From NCBI GenBank assembly GCA_039715075.1, contig JBDLIC010000002.1, positions 2,108 through 66,107 on the forward strand: a DNA stretch of 64,000 nucleotides, written 5' to 3'. The translations under genes and the position numbers were made by a program. This document shows, piece after piece, positions 7,965 to 20,611 of the stretch (positions are counted from its first letter, which is position 1; each line of letters begins with the position of its first letter). A model generated the notes under the pieces. It searched no databases. It saw only the letters and a list, made by a program, of their open reading frames with translations, and was not told the DNA's origin. The stretch comes from Nitrospirota bacterium. GTDB lineage: Bacteria; Nitrospirota; Thermodesulfovibrionia; UBA6902.

Positions 7965-10453
7965 AGCTTTCCTTTCAGAAACGCCCCTGTATGGGACTTT
8001 TTGTTTAGAGCCACATCTTCCGGTGTGCCTGTTGCAACCAGATTCCCGCCTTCATTGCCGCCTTCCGGGCCCAGGTCAATAATATAATCGGCACTCTTGA
8101 TAATGTCCAGGTTATGTTCAATAACCAGTACGCTATTGCCGGCATCTACAAGCCCGTTCAGGACTTCAAGAAGTTTCTGTATATCAAAAAAATGAAGGCC
8201 TGTTGTAGGTTCATCAAGTATATAGAGGGTTTTTCCTGTAGCCCTTTTGCTCAGCTCCCTCGAAAGCTTTACCCTTTGGGCCTCACCGCCTGAAAGAGTG
8301 GTTGCAGACTGTCCAAGCTGAACATAGCCGAGACCGACTCTCTCGAGAGTATTGAGTTTACGCTGGAGAGAAGGAACAGCACCGAAGAAGTCGAGCGCCT
8401 GTGTGACCGTCATACCAAGAATATCCGATATATTTTTGCCCTTATATTTTATATCAAGCGTTTCCTTGTTATATCTGGCTCCCTTACAGGGTTCACACGG
8501 TACATATAAGTCAGGCAAAAAATGCATTGATACCTTTACGAGCCCGTCGCCCTTGCAGGCCTCACATCTTCCTCCCTGTACGTTAAAGCTGAACCGGCTG
8601 GGCTTATATCCTCTTATCCTTGAATCAGGAAGCTGGGAAAACAGATTTCTTACAAAAGTAAACACTCCCGTATATGTTGCAGGATTGGAGCGGGGAGTCC
8701 TTCCGAGCGGCGACTGGTCTATATCTATCACCTTATCGATTATTTCAATCCCGTCTATGTCTTTGTGCATGCCCGGGACATGATGCGAAGAGTAAAGCCT
8801 TTTTGCGAGTGCCTTATAGAGAATTTCCAGAATCAGTGTACTTTTGCCTGATCCTGAAACACCTGTCACACATGTTAATACTCCAAGCGGGATATCGACA
8901 TTTATATTTTTCAGGTTAAATTCCCGGGCGCCTTTTATAGTAATAAACTCCTGAGACCTTCTCCTTTTCTCAGGAACAGGAATAGAAAATTGTCCGCGAA
9001 GATAAGAGCCGGTCAATGATTTCCTGTCAGCAGTAACATGTTTCAAATCACCTTCGGACACTATATAACCGCCATTGACACCTGCCGCCGGCCCCATGTC
9101 GATTATATGGTCAGCCATTTTCATAGTATCTTCATCGTGTTCAACAACAAGCACGGTATTGCCCATTTCTCTTAGCCTGCAAAGGCTTTCAAGCAGTTTA
9201 TTGTGGTCCCTGGGATGTAGCCCTATGCTTGGTTCGTCAAATATATAAAGGACCCCGGAAAGAGATGAGCCGATCTGTGTTGCCAGTTTTATTCTCTGGG
9301 CTTCTCCGTTTGAAAGTGTAATCGCAGGCCGGTTCAGAGATAAATATCCGAGCCCTACCTTGTCCAGGAAAATGAGCCGCTCTTTTGTTTCTTTCAGGAT
9401 TTTAGAGGATATGATTTTCTCTGTCTTTGTAAGCTTCAGATTTCTTAAAAATTCGATAACATCTTTAACGGACCTTTCAGACAGCTCGCCTATATTCACC
9501 CCATTAATCCTCACAGAGAGCGCTTCCTTTCTTAACCTGAATCCCCCGCAGTCCGGACATATCTTCAGGTTTTCAACTTCTCCGTCTTCATCACTTATAT
9601 TTTTGTATCCAAGACCATTACATCGGGAACATGCCCCGTACGGGCTGTTGAATGAAAAAAACCTCGGACTAATCTCAGGATAATTGATTCCACAGTTTGG
9701 ACAGGCAAGCTTTGTACTTAAAAAGAGATCTTTATTATCATCAATAATATTGATGATGACTACGTCTGAAAGAGCGGTTGCAAGAGTTATTGCCCTGGAT
9801 ACATGCTTATCGATCCCGGATTTAGTGATCAGCCTGTCAACTACAATGTCTATGTTATGACGTTTATGCCTGTTCAGTGTTATTTCCCTGGTAATGTCCA
9901 CCATCTCCCCGTCTATGCGGGCACGGATAAATCCTTTTTTACGGACTTCGTACAGCTCTTTTTTATATTCTCCCTTTCTGCCGGTCACAATGGGCGACAG
10001 CACCTGGATACGCGTCTTCGGAGGAAGGGTATTTATCAAATCAATGATCTGCTGCGCTCCCTGGGCAGCAACAGGGCTTTCGCATTTATAGCACGAAAGT
10101 TTTCCGATCCGTGTATATGCTACCCTGAGGTAATCGTATATTTCCGTTATCGTACCTACAGTAGAGCGCATACTTTTTGCTGTTCTCTTCTGCTCAATTG
10201 CAATGGATGGAGACAGCCCTTCAATGGAATCTACGTCCGGTTTCTGGAGCTGGTCAAGGAACTGCCTTGCATATGCGGAAAGACTCTCAACATACCGCCT
10301 CTGCCCTTCTGCATAAATCGTATCAAAGGCAAGAGAAGATTTGCCTGAACCGGATGGGCCTGTGATTACCACGAGACTGTCACGCGGTATTTTCAGATTT
10401 AAATTCTTGAGATTATGGACCCTCGCACCTTTAATGACTATATTATTTAACAT
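7961..10453 (-). CDS. uvrA: excinuclease ABC subunit A (UvrA), 830 aa, apparently lacking the insertion domain
   Basis: Two ABC ATPase modules ([23 protein letters not shown]; [10 protein letters not shown]), zinc-finger cysteines and a UvrB-binding region are present. Only about 15 aa lie between CNGLG and [14 protein letters not shown], where E. coli UvrA has a ~130-aa insertion domain. Confidence 0.85.
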   Translation of the reverse strand: MLNNIVIKGARVHNLKNLNLKIPRDSLVVITGPSGSGKSSLAFDTIYAEGQRRYVESLSAYARQFLDQLQKPDVDSIEGLSPSIAIEQKRTAKSMRSTVGTITEIYDYLRVAYTRIGKLSCYKCESPVAAQGAQQIIDLINTLPPKTRIQVLSPIVTGRKGEYKKELYEVRKKGFIRARIDGEMVDITREITLNRHKRHNIDIVVDRLITKSGIDKHVSRAITLATALSDVVIINIIDDNKDLFLSTKLACPNCGINYPEISPRFFSFNSPYGACSRCNGLGYKNISDEDGEVENLKICPDCGGFRLRKEALSVRINGVNIGELSERSVKDVIEFLRNLKLTKTEKIISSKILKETKERLIFLDKVGLGYLSLNRPAITLSNGEAQRIKLATQIGSSLSGVLYIFDEPSIGLHPRDHNKLLESLCRLREMGNTVLVVEHDEDTMKMADHIIDMGPAAGVNGGYIVSEGDLKHVTADRKSLTGSYLRGQFSIPVPEKRRRSQEFITIKGAREFNLKNINVDIPLGVLTCVTGVSGSGKSTLILEILYKALAKRLYSSHHVPGMHKDIDGIEIIDKVIDIDQSPLGRTPRSNPATYTGVFTFVRNLFSQLPDSRIRGYKPSRFSFNVQGGRCEACKGDGLVKVSMHFLPDLYVPCEPCKGARYNKETLDIKYKGKNISDILGMTVTQALDFFGAVPSLQRKLNTLERVGLGYVQLGQSATTLSGGEAQRVKLSRELSKRATGKTLYILDEPTTGLHFFDIQKLLEVLNGLVDAGNSVLVIEHNLDIIKSADYIIDLGPEGGNEGGNLVATGTPEDVALNKKSHTGAFLKGKL

Positions 10454-10615
10454 GAAATCGACCTGAAAATGTAAGAATTTTTTACTATAACTTATACAGG
10501 ACAGAGGATGTCAAATGTCTTTCAGATTAAAGTGGAGAGTATTTTTTTAAAAAAGTAGAAAAAACAGGTATAAAACTATTATACTAATAGACATTTTGCG
10601 AATTGGAGGAAAGAA

Positions 10616-11776
10616 ATGACAAAAAGGAATTACATGTTTACATCCGAGTCCGTATCAGAAGGACATCCTGATAAAGTTGCCGATCAAATTTCAGATGCGG
10701 TTCTTGACGTGATCTTTGAGCATGATCCGGCTGCCCGCGTTGCATGCGAGACTATGGTAACTACAGGAATGGTCTTAATTGCCGGAGAAATCACTACAGA
10801 AGCCTGGGTAGATTTGCAGTCAGTAGTACGAGAAACAGTTAAGAATATTGGCTATAACCATTCGGATATGGGATTTGACTGGGAATCCTGCGCTGTCCTG
10901 ACTTCCATTGACAAGCAGTCAGCAGATATTGCGATGGGTGTTGATGAATCCAGCGATCATGAGCAGGGTGCCGGTGATCAGGGTATAATGTTCGGTTATG
11001 CAACAAATGAGACCGATGTTCTGATGCCTGCTCCGATCACTTATGCACACCGGCTCGTTCATCGTCAGGCCGAAGTCCGCAAAAACGGAACACTTCCATG
11101 GCTGCGTCCTGATGCCAAAAGCCAGATAACATTCCATTATGAAGACAGTAAACCGGTTGGCATTGATGCTGTTGTCCTTTCGACCCAGCATTCGCCGGAA
11201 ATAGAATATAAAGCTCTTAAAGAAGCTGTTATGGACGAGATTATCTTGCCGGTACTGCCCGCAGACTGGATCAGTCCCCAGACGAAATTTCACATCAATC
11301 CCACCGGACGTTTCGTAATAGGCGGTCCTGTAGGTGATTGCGGAGTTACGGGCCGCAAGATTATTGTGGATACATACGGTGGTGCTGCCCGTCACGGCGG
11401 CGGCGCTTTCTCCGGCAAGGACCCTTCCAAGGTGGACCGTTCAGCCGCTTATGCCGCCCGCTATGTGGCAAAGAACATAGTTGCTGCCGGCCTGGCAGAC
11501 CGTTGTGAAATCCAGATCTCCTATGCAATAGGTGTTGCGGAACCTACATCAATCAGCATTGAAACTTTTGGTACAGGCAAAATTGAAGAAGCAAAACTTA
11601 TAGAGCTTGTGAGAGAGCATTTCGATCTGAGACCACGTGGCCTTATTAAAATGCTCGACCTGTTACGGCCCATTTACACTCCGACTGCTGCATACGGTCA
11701 TTTCGGGAGAGAAAACGAAGGCTTCCCATGGGAAAAAACTGATCTGGCAGAGGCACTGAAAAAGGACGCAAAGTAA
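10616..11776 (+). CDS. metK: S-adenosylmethionine synthetase
   Basis: [24 protein letters not shown] and [19 protein letters not shown] are canonical MetK motifs. Confidence 0.95.
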   Translation: MTKRNYMFTSESVSEGHPDKVADQISDAVLDVIFEHDPAARVACETMVTTGMVLIAGEITTEAWVDLQSVVRETVKNIGYNHSDMGFDWESCAVLTSIDKQSADIAMGVDESSDHEQGAGDQGIMFGYATNETDVLMPAPITYAHRLVHRQAEVRKNGTLPWLRPDAKSQITFHYEDSKPVGIDAVVLSTQHSPEIEYKALKEAVMDEIILPVLPADWISPQTKFHINPTGRFVIGGPVGDCGVTGRKIIVDTYGGAARHGGGAFSGKDPSKVDRSAAYAARYVAKNIVAAGLADRCEIQISYAIGVAEPTSISIETFGTGKIEEAKLIELVREHFDLRPRGLIKMLDLLRPIYTPTAAYGHFGRENEGFPWEKTDLAEALKKDAK

Positions 11777-11794
11777 ACATTGTTTATTTCAATC

Positions 11795-11833
11795 CCCTGA
11801 AATATAGTATTTCAGGGGATTGTTGAAATAACA
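11795..11833 (+). terminator. hairpin terminator after metK
   Basis: Inverted repeat CAATCCCCTGAAATA / TATTTCAGGGGATTG immediately downstream of the metK stop. Confidence 0.55.
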
Positions 11834-12059
11834 CTGGATAAATTTACAGATTGTTAATGCTTCCCGAGAACCTGACAATAAATACATTCTCATTATTGAG
11901 ACATCACCGGTAGTGTATTGTTCCTGTTCCCTGCTATAAAAACAGCCATTTCCGGGTTGCAAATACCACTGCTGGTTAGTATAAAATTTACACATAAATG
12001 ATCATTCACCTTACTTATTTAAATAAGGCAGTTAAAAAAGCATTTTAGGAGGTTACAGC

Positions 12060-13487
<1,428 letters not shown>

Positions 13488-13508
13488 TTATTCATTTAGC
13501 AATTGATG

Positions 13509-13550
13509 CAAAAGGGACAGATTATTATAATCTGTCCCTTTTTTTGTGTT
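13509..13550 (+). terminator. Rho-independent terminator after ahcY
   Basis: AAGGGACAGATTATTATAATCTGTCCCTT stem followed by TTTTTTTG. Confidence 0.7.
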
Positions 13551-13560
13551 TAAATTGTAA

Positions 13561-13675
13561 AAGATGAACATCGAACGTCCAACGTCCAACATCGAATGTT
13601 GAATGGAACATAGGAGTTCGAAGTTTGTTTTTCATTCGACGTTGGACGTTCAATGTTCGATGTTCATTTTTTTTC
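13561..13675. repeat. imperfect palindrome of tandem ACGTCCAACG/ATCGAACG-type units ending in a T-run
   Basis: GATGAACATCGAACGTCCAACGTCCAACATCGAATG ... CATTCGACGTTGGACGTTCAATGTTCGATGTTCATTTTTTTT. Confidence 0.7.
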
Positions 13676-13799
13676 AGTAAATCTTCCATAGTTCCCGGCA
13701 CAATAATAACTGATCGCTTATGCCTCACCCTACATGTGGCACAATTGTTCATAGCATGCTAATATTTTCAATAAACATTTCAAAACCAGGGAGCAGCGA

Positions 13800-15479
13800 A
13801 TGAATATGAAAAATGAAAACGAAGAATTGCAGAATTATCTCAAGGATTATTGGGAATTCATATTAAAACATAACCCGACATTCGCAACATACATAGGAGA
13901 CCATCGGTACAATAATGCCCTTGAAGACCTTTCCGAAAAATCTATTGCACTCCAGATTAATTATTTTCAGGAGATCATGTCAGGGATCGGAAAAATCGAC
14001 AAAACTCAATTAACCGCAGAGAATCAGATAAACTATAATCTTTTCGAAAACCATCTCAACAATCATATTCAGCTTCACAGGTACAATACTCACTATATCC
14101 CCCTGAATCATATGCAGGGCCCTCATATAGACTTCCCGCAGATTATCCAGTTTCATCCCTTCAAAACGCGTGAGGACATTGATAATTATATATCACGGCT
14201 GAATGCTTTTCCCTGTCAGATAGATCAGGTCATAAACCTTTTGCAGACCGGTATTGCTCATAAAATCACCTCCTTTAAAAAAATCATCGAGCATGTTCTT
14301 GGACAGGTGGAGACTTTTACAAAGTTTACTCCGGAAAACCATCCGTTATTTTCTCCTGTGCTAAAAATAAGTGATGAGTTTTCAGAACAGGACAGAGAGG
14401 AGATAAAGACCCTGATAAAAGAAGCTATCTCTGCCAGCGTTACGCCTGCTTACAATAAACTGCAGGAATATTTAAGCGGGGAATACATGAAGCATTGCAG
14501 AGAAAAAGAAGGGATATGGTCTTTACCGGACGGAACCGACATGTACAGGTTTTATGCAGAATACCACACGACCACGGAGCTTACACCTGAAGAAATTCAT
14601 GAGATCGGTAAAAAGGAGGTAGAAAGAATAAGCAGTGAAATGAAAAAAATCATGAGTAAAATCGGCTTCACGGGAAGCATCAGAGAATTTGCCGCTCATG
14701 TGAAAAGCAACAAGGACCTTTATCCGAAAACAGGAGAAGAGCTCCTTGACAGTTACCGGAATATTCTGATCCAGATGGACAAAAAAGTCCCTGAATTTTT
14801 TGGACGGCTGCCCAGGGCCCAATACGGCATCAAGGCAATAGAAAAATACAGGGAACAGGCTGCACCGGCTGCATACTACTATCCTCCACCAATGGATTTT
14901 TCGAGGCCCGGGTATTTTTATGCCAATACGTACAAACCCGAGCAGAGGCCAAAGTATGAAATGGAGGCCCTTTCGTATCATGAAGCTGTGCCCGGACATC
15001 ACCTCCAGATCGCAATAATGCAGGAGATGGAAAATCTTCCCGATTTCAGAAGACATGAAGGGTCCACGGCCTTTATTGAAGGATGGGCCCTTTACGCAGA
15101 AAAGCTTTCGAAAGAGATGGGATTTTACCAGGATGATTATTCGGAATATGGAAGACTCACATTTGAGATATGGAGGGCAGTAAGGCTGGTTGTTGACACT
15201 GGTCTTCATTTCTACAAATGGAGCCGCAGTGAGGCAATAAACTACTGCAAAGAGAACAGCGGCCTCGAAGACCACGAGATAGCTGTAGAGGTAGACCGCT
15301 ACATTGCAATGCCGGGACAGGCACTGGCCTACAAGATTGGGGAGTTGAAGATCCTCGAACTGAGGGAAAAATCAAAAGAGGCCCTTGGTCCGGAATTTGA
15401 TATTAAAAAATTTCATGACAGGCTGCTTGAGAACGGGGCGCTGCCTTTGTATTTACTGGAGGATGTTATGAATGGGTAG
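13800..15479 (+). CDS. DUF885-family (gluzincin-like) protein
   Basis: A 559-aa protein with the characteristic HEAVPGHHLQIA ... EGWALYAE motifs of DUF885 proteins. Confidence 0.7.
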   Translation: MNMKNENEELQNYLKDYWEFILKHNPTFATYIGDHRYNNALEDLSEKSIALQINYFQEIMSGIGKIDKTQLTAENQINYNLFENHLNNHIQLHRYNTHYIPLNHMQGPHIDFPQIIQFHPFKTREDIDNYISRLNAFPCQIDQVINLLQTGIAHKITSFKKIIEHVLGQVETFTKFTPENHPLFSPVLKISDEFSEQDREEIKTLIKEAISASVTPAYNKLQEYLSGEYMKHCREKEGIWSLPDGTDMYRFYAEYHTTTELTPEEIHEIGKKEVERISSEMKKIMSKIGFTGSIREFAAHVKSNKDLYPKTGEELLDSYRNILIQMDKKVPEFFGRLPRAQYGIKAIEKYREQAAPAAYYYPPPMDFSRPGYFYANTYKPEQRPKYEMEALSYHEAVPGHHLQIAIMQEMENLPDFRRHEGSTAFIEGWALYAEKLSKEMGFYQDDYSEYGRLTFEIWRAVRLVVDTGLHFYKWSRSEAINYCKENSGLEDHEIAVEVDRYIAMPGQALAYKIGELKILELREKSKEALGPEFDIKKFHDRLLENGALPLYLLEDVMNG

Positions 15480-15814
15480 ATAAGGAGATATTCATTTCTC
15501 TTTTCCTGTAATCCTGCGAAACGTCTCTGTCCACTCCTTCCAGACAATATCAAAATCCGGAAGATCTTTAAGGGTCCTGCCAGGCATTCCTGTTCAATTC
15601 CCTGAGATCGGCAGATGTGGGCCCTTCTTCTTCAGCCACGCGATGCAGTTCTGCAGTCGTAATCATGTTTTGATCTCCGTGTTAATCAGAAGCCCCCATC
15701 GTCTATTATATTTCCCTTGACGCGGCATTGTTGGATCCAGCGGAGACAAGCCGGTGGCCGTCTTTTTTAAATAAGCCTGTTAAGCTGTCTGTTAATTGCG
15801 CAGCATTCATTTCT

Positions 15815-16957
15815 TTACTGTTTTGTCCCCTCTGAAAGAATATTCAGATATTCTGCATAAACATACCGTTTGTCCCGTTTTCTCCCGGTAATTTCTTTCA
15901 GTATGCCTGCCTTTTCCAGTTGTGCCACCAGAGTCGACGAAGCCTGGAAGGATATATCAAACATCTCTGCTATTGTCTTCACAGCAACATAAGGCATGCT
16001 GTACAGTTTTTCAAGAATGCCGACCGCAAGAGGAGACGATATCTTCTCTTTCCAGAGCAGGTCCCTGTGCCGGGTCTGCAGCTCGAGTATTCTCCGTGCA
16101 GAATCCACCGCATAGTCTGATGTTTCAACAATCCCTTTCAGAAAAAAAGCGATCCACTGTTCGTAGTCGCCATTTTCTCTCACAAGATTCAGCCTGTCAT
16201 AATACTCCTGTCTCAACCGTTTAAAATAATAGCTCAGATAAAGCAGCGGCCGGTGAAGTACTTCTTTCCACATCAGATAAAAAGTTATCAGCAGTCTCCC
16301 CAGGCGTCCGTTTCCGTCCAGATAAGGATGAATAGTTTCAAACTGGTAATGAATCAGTGCACAGTTAATGAGAACCGGCAGCTTAGTGGCAGCATGAATG
16401 TATTTTTCAAGGTCACCCATAGCGGTCTTTGCCTCATTGGGCGGTGGAGGCACAAATGTTGCGTCAGCCAGTGTGCATCCGGCAGGTCCGATCCAGTTCT
16501 GCGACGTGCGTATCTGTCCCGGCTTCTTGTCACCTCCGCGGACGCCTTTCATAAGGACCTTATGTATATCATTTAAAAGCCTCAGGCTCATGGGGAATGT
16601 TTTTAGCCTCTTTGTACCGTAGTTCAATGCACCGATATAGTTCACAACCTCGGCAACATCATTTATATTGTCCGGTTTTCCACCGGTCTCAAATTCAAAC
16701 AGATCTTCGAGGGATGCCTGTGTTCCCTCGATCTGAGAGCTCAGAAGCGCCTCCTTACGTACAAACATGGCTATGAAAAGGTCTATATTGGGAAGAATAT
16801 GCCCGATGCCGTCCAAACGGGCCAGAGACATGTCTGCATTGGAGAGGAGGCCCTGCATGTCTCCGTTTAGTGATATGGCCGGTTTTGGCGGAAGGGGTTT
16901 TGGGATAAAAGCCCTGTAATTTGATGCCTGTCTGATATATGTCCCGCTTCTGTTCAC
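15815..16957 (-). CDS. Fic-family protein (AMPylation-type Fic/DOC domain with C-terminal winged helix)
   Basis: Fic core motif HPYLDGNGRLGRLL (HPFx[DE]GNGR) with a Fic_N-like N-terminus. Confidence 0.85.
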   Translation of the reverse strand: MNRSGTYIRQASNYRAFIPKPLPPKPAISLNGDMQGLLSNADMSLARLDGIGHILPNIDLFIAMFVRKEALLSSQIEGTQASLEDLFEFETGGKPDNINDVAEVVNYIGALNYGTKRLKTFPMSLRLLNDIHKVLMKGVRGGDKKPGQIRTSQNWIGPAGCTLADATFVPPPPNEAKTAMGDLEKYIHAATKLPVLINCALIHYQFETIHPYLDGNGRLGRLLITFYLMWKEVLHRPLLYLSYYFKRLRQEYYDRLNLVRENGDYEQWIAFFLKGIVETSDYAVDSARRILELQTRHRDLLWKEKISSPLAVGILEKLYSMPYVAVKTIAEMFDISFQASSTLVAQLEKAGILKEITGRKRDKRYVYAEYLNILSEGTKQ

Positions 16958-17060
16958 AACACCCCCTTATTCAAGTATTGTGAAATAGTATAGTTGAATT
17001 CAACATGTTATTCAAGTTAAATTGAATAACAGACTTCTGCCTCTACGTTATTCAAATGCA
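16958..17060. promoter_or_regulatory. array of four GTTATTCAA/TTGAATAAC boxes in the Fic upstream region
   Basis: CTTATTCAAGT, GTTATTCAAGT, TTGAATAAC and GTTATTCAAAT lie within ~100 bp directly 5' of the Fic start on the minus strand. A TTGAATTCAA palindrome sits between them. Confidence 0.4.
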
Positions 17061-17062
17061 TA

Positions 17063-17098
17063 TGAATATGATTTTTATCTAAAGGGCAGGTTTGAAAC
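17063..17098. terminator. GC-rich hairpin (GGGCAGG/CCCGCCC) with a flanking T-run, possibly a bidirectional terminator after the 1137-aa gene
   Basis: AAAGGGCAGGTTTGAAACCCGCCCCTACGTTTTTTT. The stem is better paired (G-U) on the minus-strand RNA. Confidence 0.35.
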
Positions 17099-17104
17099 CC
17101 GCCC

Positions 17105-20100
17105 CTACGTTTTTTTGTAATAATCAATAAGCTTGTCTATATAAGGGCAAATGTCTGTTAAAATAATTTTGTTCGTATCCTGAATATAATCACAAATCAT
17201 GTATTGTTTGGTATTCGGCCTGATAAAAAAGCAATAATCACTAAGACTTCTCACCTTCGGCACAAGCTCTGGATAACTAATTTCCAGCAAATCCCTGTTG
17301 AATTTTCTAATTTTCCACCATTCATAGTCTTTTATCTCATCATGACTCTTAACCAGCAGGTCTTTTATTTCTTCTGCACTTTTCAGCAAATCCCTGGATA
17401 ATTGAATCTCTTTTTTCTCTCTCGAAATTTGTTCATATAAATTTGGCAACGAGATAATCACATTAAGATAATCCAGATTGCTTACTTCTTTTGTTTCAGA
17501 TGTGATATCAAAACCATCATCTTTTATTGCCTGAACAAGTTTATCCATAGATTCAGGAGAGAAAATAAAATCTTCTTCTGAGAATTTGTCTTCTCCAAAG
17601 TCCTTTATCACTTGCTTTTTTCTATAGTCATAAAACATGTTATGAAGATAAATAACATCTCTTGATGAATCATAATATTTCTCACGAAAACTGAAATCAT
17701 ATTCAGGAGCTATGTTCTCATGGTATTCAACAATATTAAATTCAAAATTCATAATTGCAAATAACAGTGCATCATTCTTCCCGGTTACCTTAAATATATA
17801 GAGAAGCCTCTTTTGCTCATCAATCAAAATCTGATCAATCGATCCCCGGTCTTTACTTACATGGACCTTATTCACTTTCTTTAATTTCTCGTCAAACAAA
17901 ATAATATTATCGTCTCCAAGCATAAGCCGCGGAGGTGATACCGGCAAAACTGCATAGCTTTCTCCCATGGACTTGACTTTTCTCTGTTTACTTATCGTTC
18001 CCTCATATAAATCAATGGCAGCAAGTCTGCGATCATCCCATTCATCTTCATCAGGGAGATAGATAACGTACAGGTATCTATGGTCATCCGTCAGGAACAA
18101 ACCGTCTTCAAAGTAAGAGTTCTCTTCCAGGTGCAGCACATCAGACAGGTCAAGCTGGGCCAAAACGCTTGAATTCTCACCTTTCAATATAACCCTGATA
18201 TAATGGAACTCGTCGTCAGTATCTTCACAAAGGAAGTGGTATATTTTCTGTATACTATCAGCATGAATCACCTTTTTGAACTTATAGTGAAAGTTGTTCA
18301 GCCGGTATTTCCATGCATTTGTATTTTCAATATTAAATATTATCAGCCAATTAGTGTTATCTATTGATATATCAAAAAATACCTCATCACCTTTGATGCT
18401 TATAAAATCAAAATCTTTTGCAGATTTCCTGGAAAAGGCTTCATTAATATCAGAATTTACAACCACATTTATCGGGACACCCTCTACCGAGTACAAAGAT
18501 GCCAGTTCCTTTTCCACATTCAGAACTGCAGCCCTGTCCTGAATCATATCTCTATACATGTCGGCCCTTTCATTATCACCGTAAAGAAGACTCTTCCTTA
18601 AAGATTCAATATAACTTGCCTGCTGCAACTTACTCATTATGGCTTTTAGCTTCTTATCATTTTTCTTAAATTCCTCTTTTGAAATATAGACCGACTCCTT
18701 CTTGATCATTTCCATGATTTTCTCCGCCCGATTAAGGCTGATATCGTCCTTTTCCATTTGCTTGCAGTAATCACGATATTTCTTTCTACTCGTTTCCACA
18801 CTATATTCATGACGTAATTTTTTTAATATTTCTTCACACCTCATCCTGTTGCGTTTATTTTCATGTTGAGAAAGTACGCTGGATTCTTTTCTAATGAGTG
18901 AATAAAGCTTTTCAGCATTATCAATATTCATATCATCGGACTCGAGCTGACCAAATAAATCTTTGACCCGTTTCCTGGCGATTCCTCTTGCTGTTTCATC
19001 AAACATATTTTTTATTTTCTGATAAGACGTGTCATTATGGAATCCTGCAAATGCATTTTTTAAAAGCTGCTCTGCCCTGTTCATCTCTCCTGTGATGGAT
19101 ATATTCGTAAGTTCAATATATGAAAGCCATGCATCGCGTGCTTTACTCTGCCTGAGCGAGAGCAGGTCCTCATTATCAAGAACAGCTTTAATATGAGGAT
19201 ATTCGTGACCCAACGATTTCAGACTCTCGTTTCTGACCCGCTCCTTCAGCAGTAAAAAAAGCCTGTTAAAAGCAGCCTCATTGTTCCCGGACTCAAGATG
19301 CCTTGATATTTCACTTATCGTATTAAAAATTTGTGATCTTTTCTCTTCCTCAACCGCCTCTTTGATTAGCCGGTCGATTTCATTCCCTTTTTGACGGTCT
19401 TTAATCTTCAATTTTTTCAGAATAGTAAGCCTCGATGATGATTCGGAGGTTCCCGAGTATTCTTTCCAGAGAGCTTCAACTTCATCCTCACTCCGTATTG
19501 CAAGCAGAACTTTTAAAAGGTCTCTTGCATCTTCATATTCAGGACAGATTGATAATGCATTACGCACTTCAGCTTCAGAATCTTCAAAGCTGTTTTGATC
19601 GAATGCACTTCTTGCTCTAATAAGATATGGCTCAGCTTGCGTTATCAATACAGTATTTATATCTCTTCTTAATGCCTCTATACCATCTATATGCCCATCC
19701 AGTCTTTCTGCAAGCTCGAGCATATCATACGCTGCTCGTGACTCTGCTTTCTGGTGAAGAAGGTTTGCATATCGGTAAACGGACTCCTGCTTTAACTCGT
19801 AAATGTTGCACTCCTCAAACAATCCCTTTGCGTCATCAAGCTGATTATTCAGGAAATACAGGTTAGCAAGCTCTTCCTTAACCTCATCACCCATTAAATC
19901 ATCAGGGATGCTTAAGAGTATATCGAGAGCAGTACCATATGCTCCAATCTCTTCTCTTAGAATAGATACTCCTCTCAGAAGCGCAGGTAAATCCTGTTTG
20001 CGATCTATTTCCATATCTGCGAGAACTTCTGTTGCATCATCATAGTCGTAGGTGTCAAGGTACAGTCTTGCCTTATCAATGCAGCCTGCTATCCCGTCGG

Positions 20101-20518
20101 TGTTTATGTTGTCAGGAGAACGGGATTTAACTTTTTTCTTCTTCTGTCTTGCGGGTTTTACGGAATCTGCCTTTCGCAGTCCTGCCAGAACTTTGCGCGA
20201 AAGCTGATGTAATTTGGCATGGCATGCATCAACTAACGGAGTTACTTTATATCGAATCAGAACAATATTTTCATCCCACTCCGTTGGTTCAAGATCAAAG
20301 AGGTCCGGATAGTTTCCGAGAAGATAATTTTGCAGGTTGGATTTAATTCTATACGCCTGTTCTTTGTCTTTATCCGACAGATGAATGTGCGGTGTGGGAT
20401 TTATCTGTTTTATGGCTCTGATAATGATGTCAATAGAAGATATCTTATCATCCGCAAGAATAGCCTCAGCTTTTTTTATCAAGTCATCCCAATTTTCAGG
20501 TCCATTGATGGTCCCCAT
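17105..20518 (-). CDS. large uncharacterised protein (1137 aa) with TPR-like helical N-terminal half, beta-rich C-terminal half and a Lys-rich linker
   Basis: Long intact ORF with no Walker A, no methyltransferase motifs and no nuclease motif I could recognise. TPR-like helices include AYGTALDILLSIPDD...ANLYFLNNQLDDAKGLFEE. It sits between the PglX remnant and Fic. Confidence 0.6.
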   Translation of the reverse strand: MGTINGPENWDDLIKKAEAILADDKISSIDIIIRAIKQINPTPHIHLSDKDKEQAYRIKSNLQNYLLGNYPDLFDLEPTEWDENIVLIRYKVTPLVDACHAKLHQLSRKVLAGLRKADSVKPARQKKKKVKSRSPDNINTDGIAGCIDKARLYLDTYDYDDATEVLADMEIDRKQDLPALLRGVSILREEIGAYGTALDILLSIPDDLMGDEVKEELANLYFLNNQLDDAKGLFEECNIYELKQESVYRYANLLHQKAESRAAYDMLELAERLDGHIDGIEALRRDINTVLITQAEPYLIRARSAFDQNSFEDSEAEVRNALSICPEYEDARDLLKVLLAIRSEDEVEALWKEYSGTSESSSRLTILKKLKIKDRQKGNEIDRLIKEAVEEEKRSQIFNTISEISRHLESGNNEAAFNRLFLLLKERVRNESLKSLGHEYPHIKAVLDNEDLLSLRQSKARDAWLSYIELTNISITGEMNRAEQLLKNAFAGFHNDTSYQKIKNMFDETARGIARKRVKDLFGQLESDDMNIDNAEKLYSLIRKESSVLSQHENKRNRMRCEEILKKLRHEYSVETSRKKYRDYCKQMEKDDISLNRAEKIMEMIKKESVYISKEEFKKNDKKLKAIMSKLQQASYIESLRKSLLYGDNERADMYRDMIQDRAAVLNVEKELASLYSVEGVPINVVVNSDINEAFSRKSAKDFDFISIKGDEVFFDISIDNTNWLIIFNIENTNAWKYRLNNFHYKFKKVIHADSIQKIYHFLCEDTDDEFHYIRVILKGENSSVLAQLDLSDVLHLEENSYFEDGLFLTDDHRYLYVIYLPDEDEWDDRRLAAIDLYEGTISKQRKVKSMGESYAVLPVSPPRLMLGDDNIILFDEKLKKVNKVHVSKDRGSIDQILIDEQKRLLYIFKVTGKNDALLFAIMNFEFNIVEYHENIAPEYDFSFREKYYDSSRDVIYLHNMFYDYRKKQVIKDFGEDKFSEEDFIFSPESMDKLVQAIKDDGFDITSETKEVSNLDYLNVIISLPNLYEQISREKKEIQLSRDLLKSAEEIKDLLVKSHDEIKDYEWWKIRKFNRDLLEISYPELVPKVRSLSDYCFFIRPNTKQYMICDYIQDTNKIILTDICPYIDKLIDYYKKT

Positions 20519-20611
20519 ACTTCAACCCTCAGATAAATATAGTATATAAGGTCAGTCATTCCGGCAGTCCTTAAGCCGGAATCTATTCTTTTGCAAGTCC
20601 TGGATACCGGA

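Noticed and set aside
10454-10615. SAM riboswitch upstream of metK, and an SAH riboswitch in the metK-ahcY intergenic region 11777-12059
   Set aside because: Neither region shows the conserved SAM-I or SAH riboswitch core sequences on inspection. Covariance-model scanning would be needed to exclude divergent forms.
14523-15275. 250-aa minus-strand ORF
   Set aside because: It lies entirely antisense to the well-supported DUF885 gene and has no recognisable motif. It is treated as a spurious shadow ORF. The same applies to 10919-11395 antisense to metK, 25893-26475 antisense to ftsY, 38148-38565 antisense to manB and similar.
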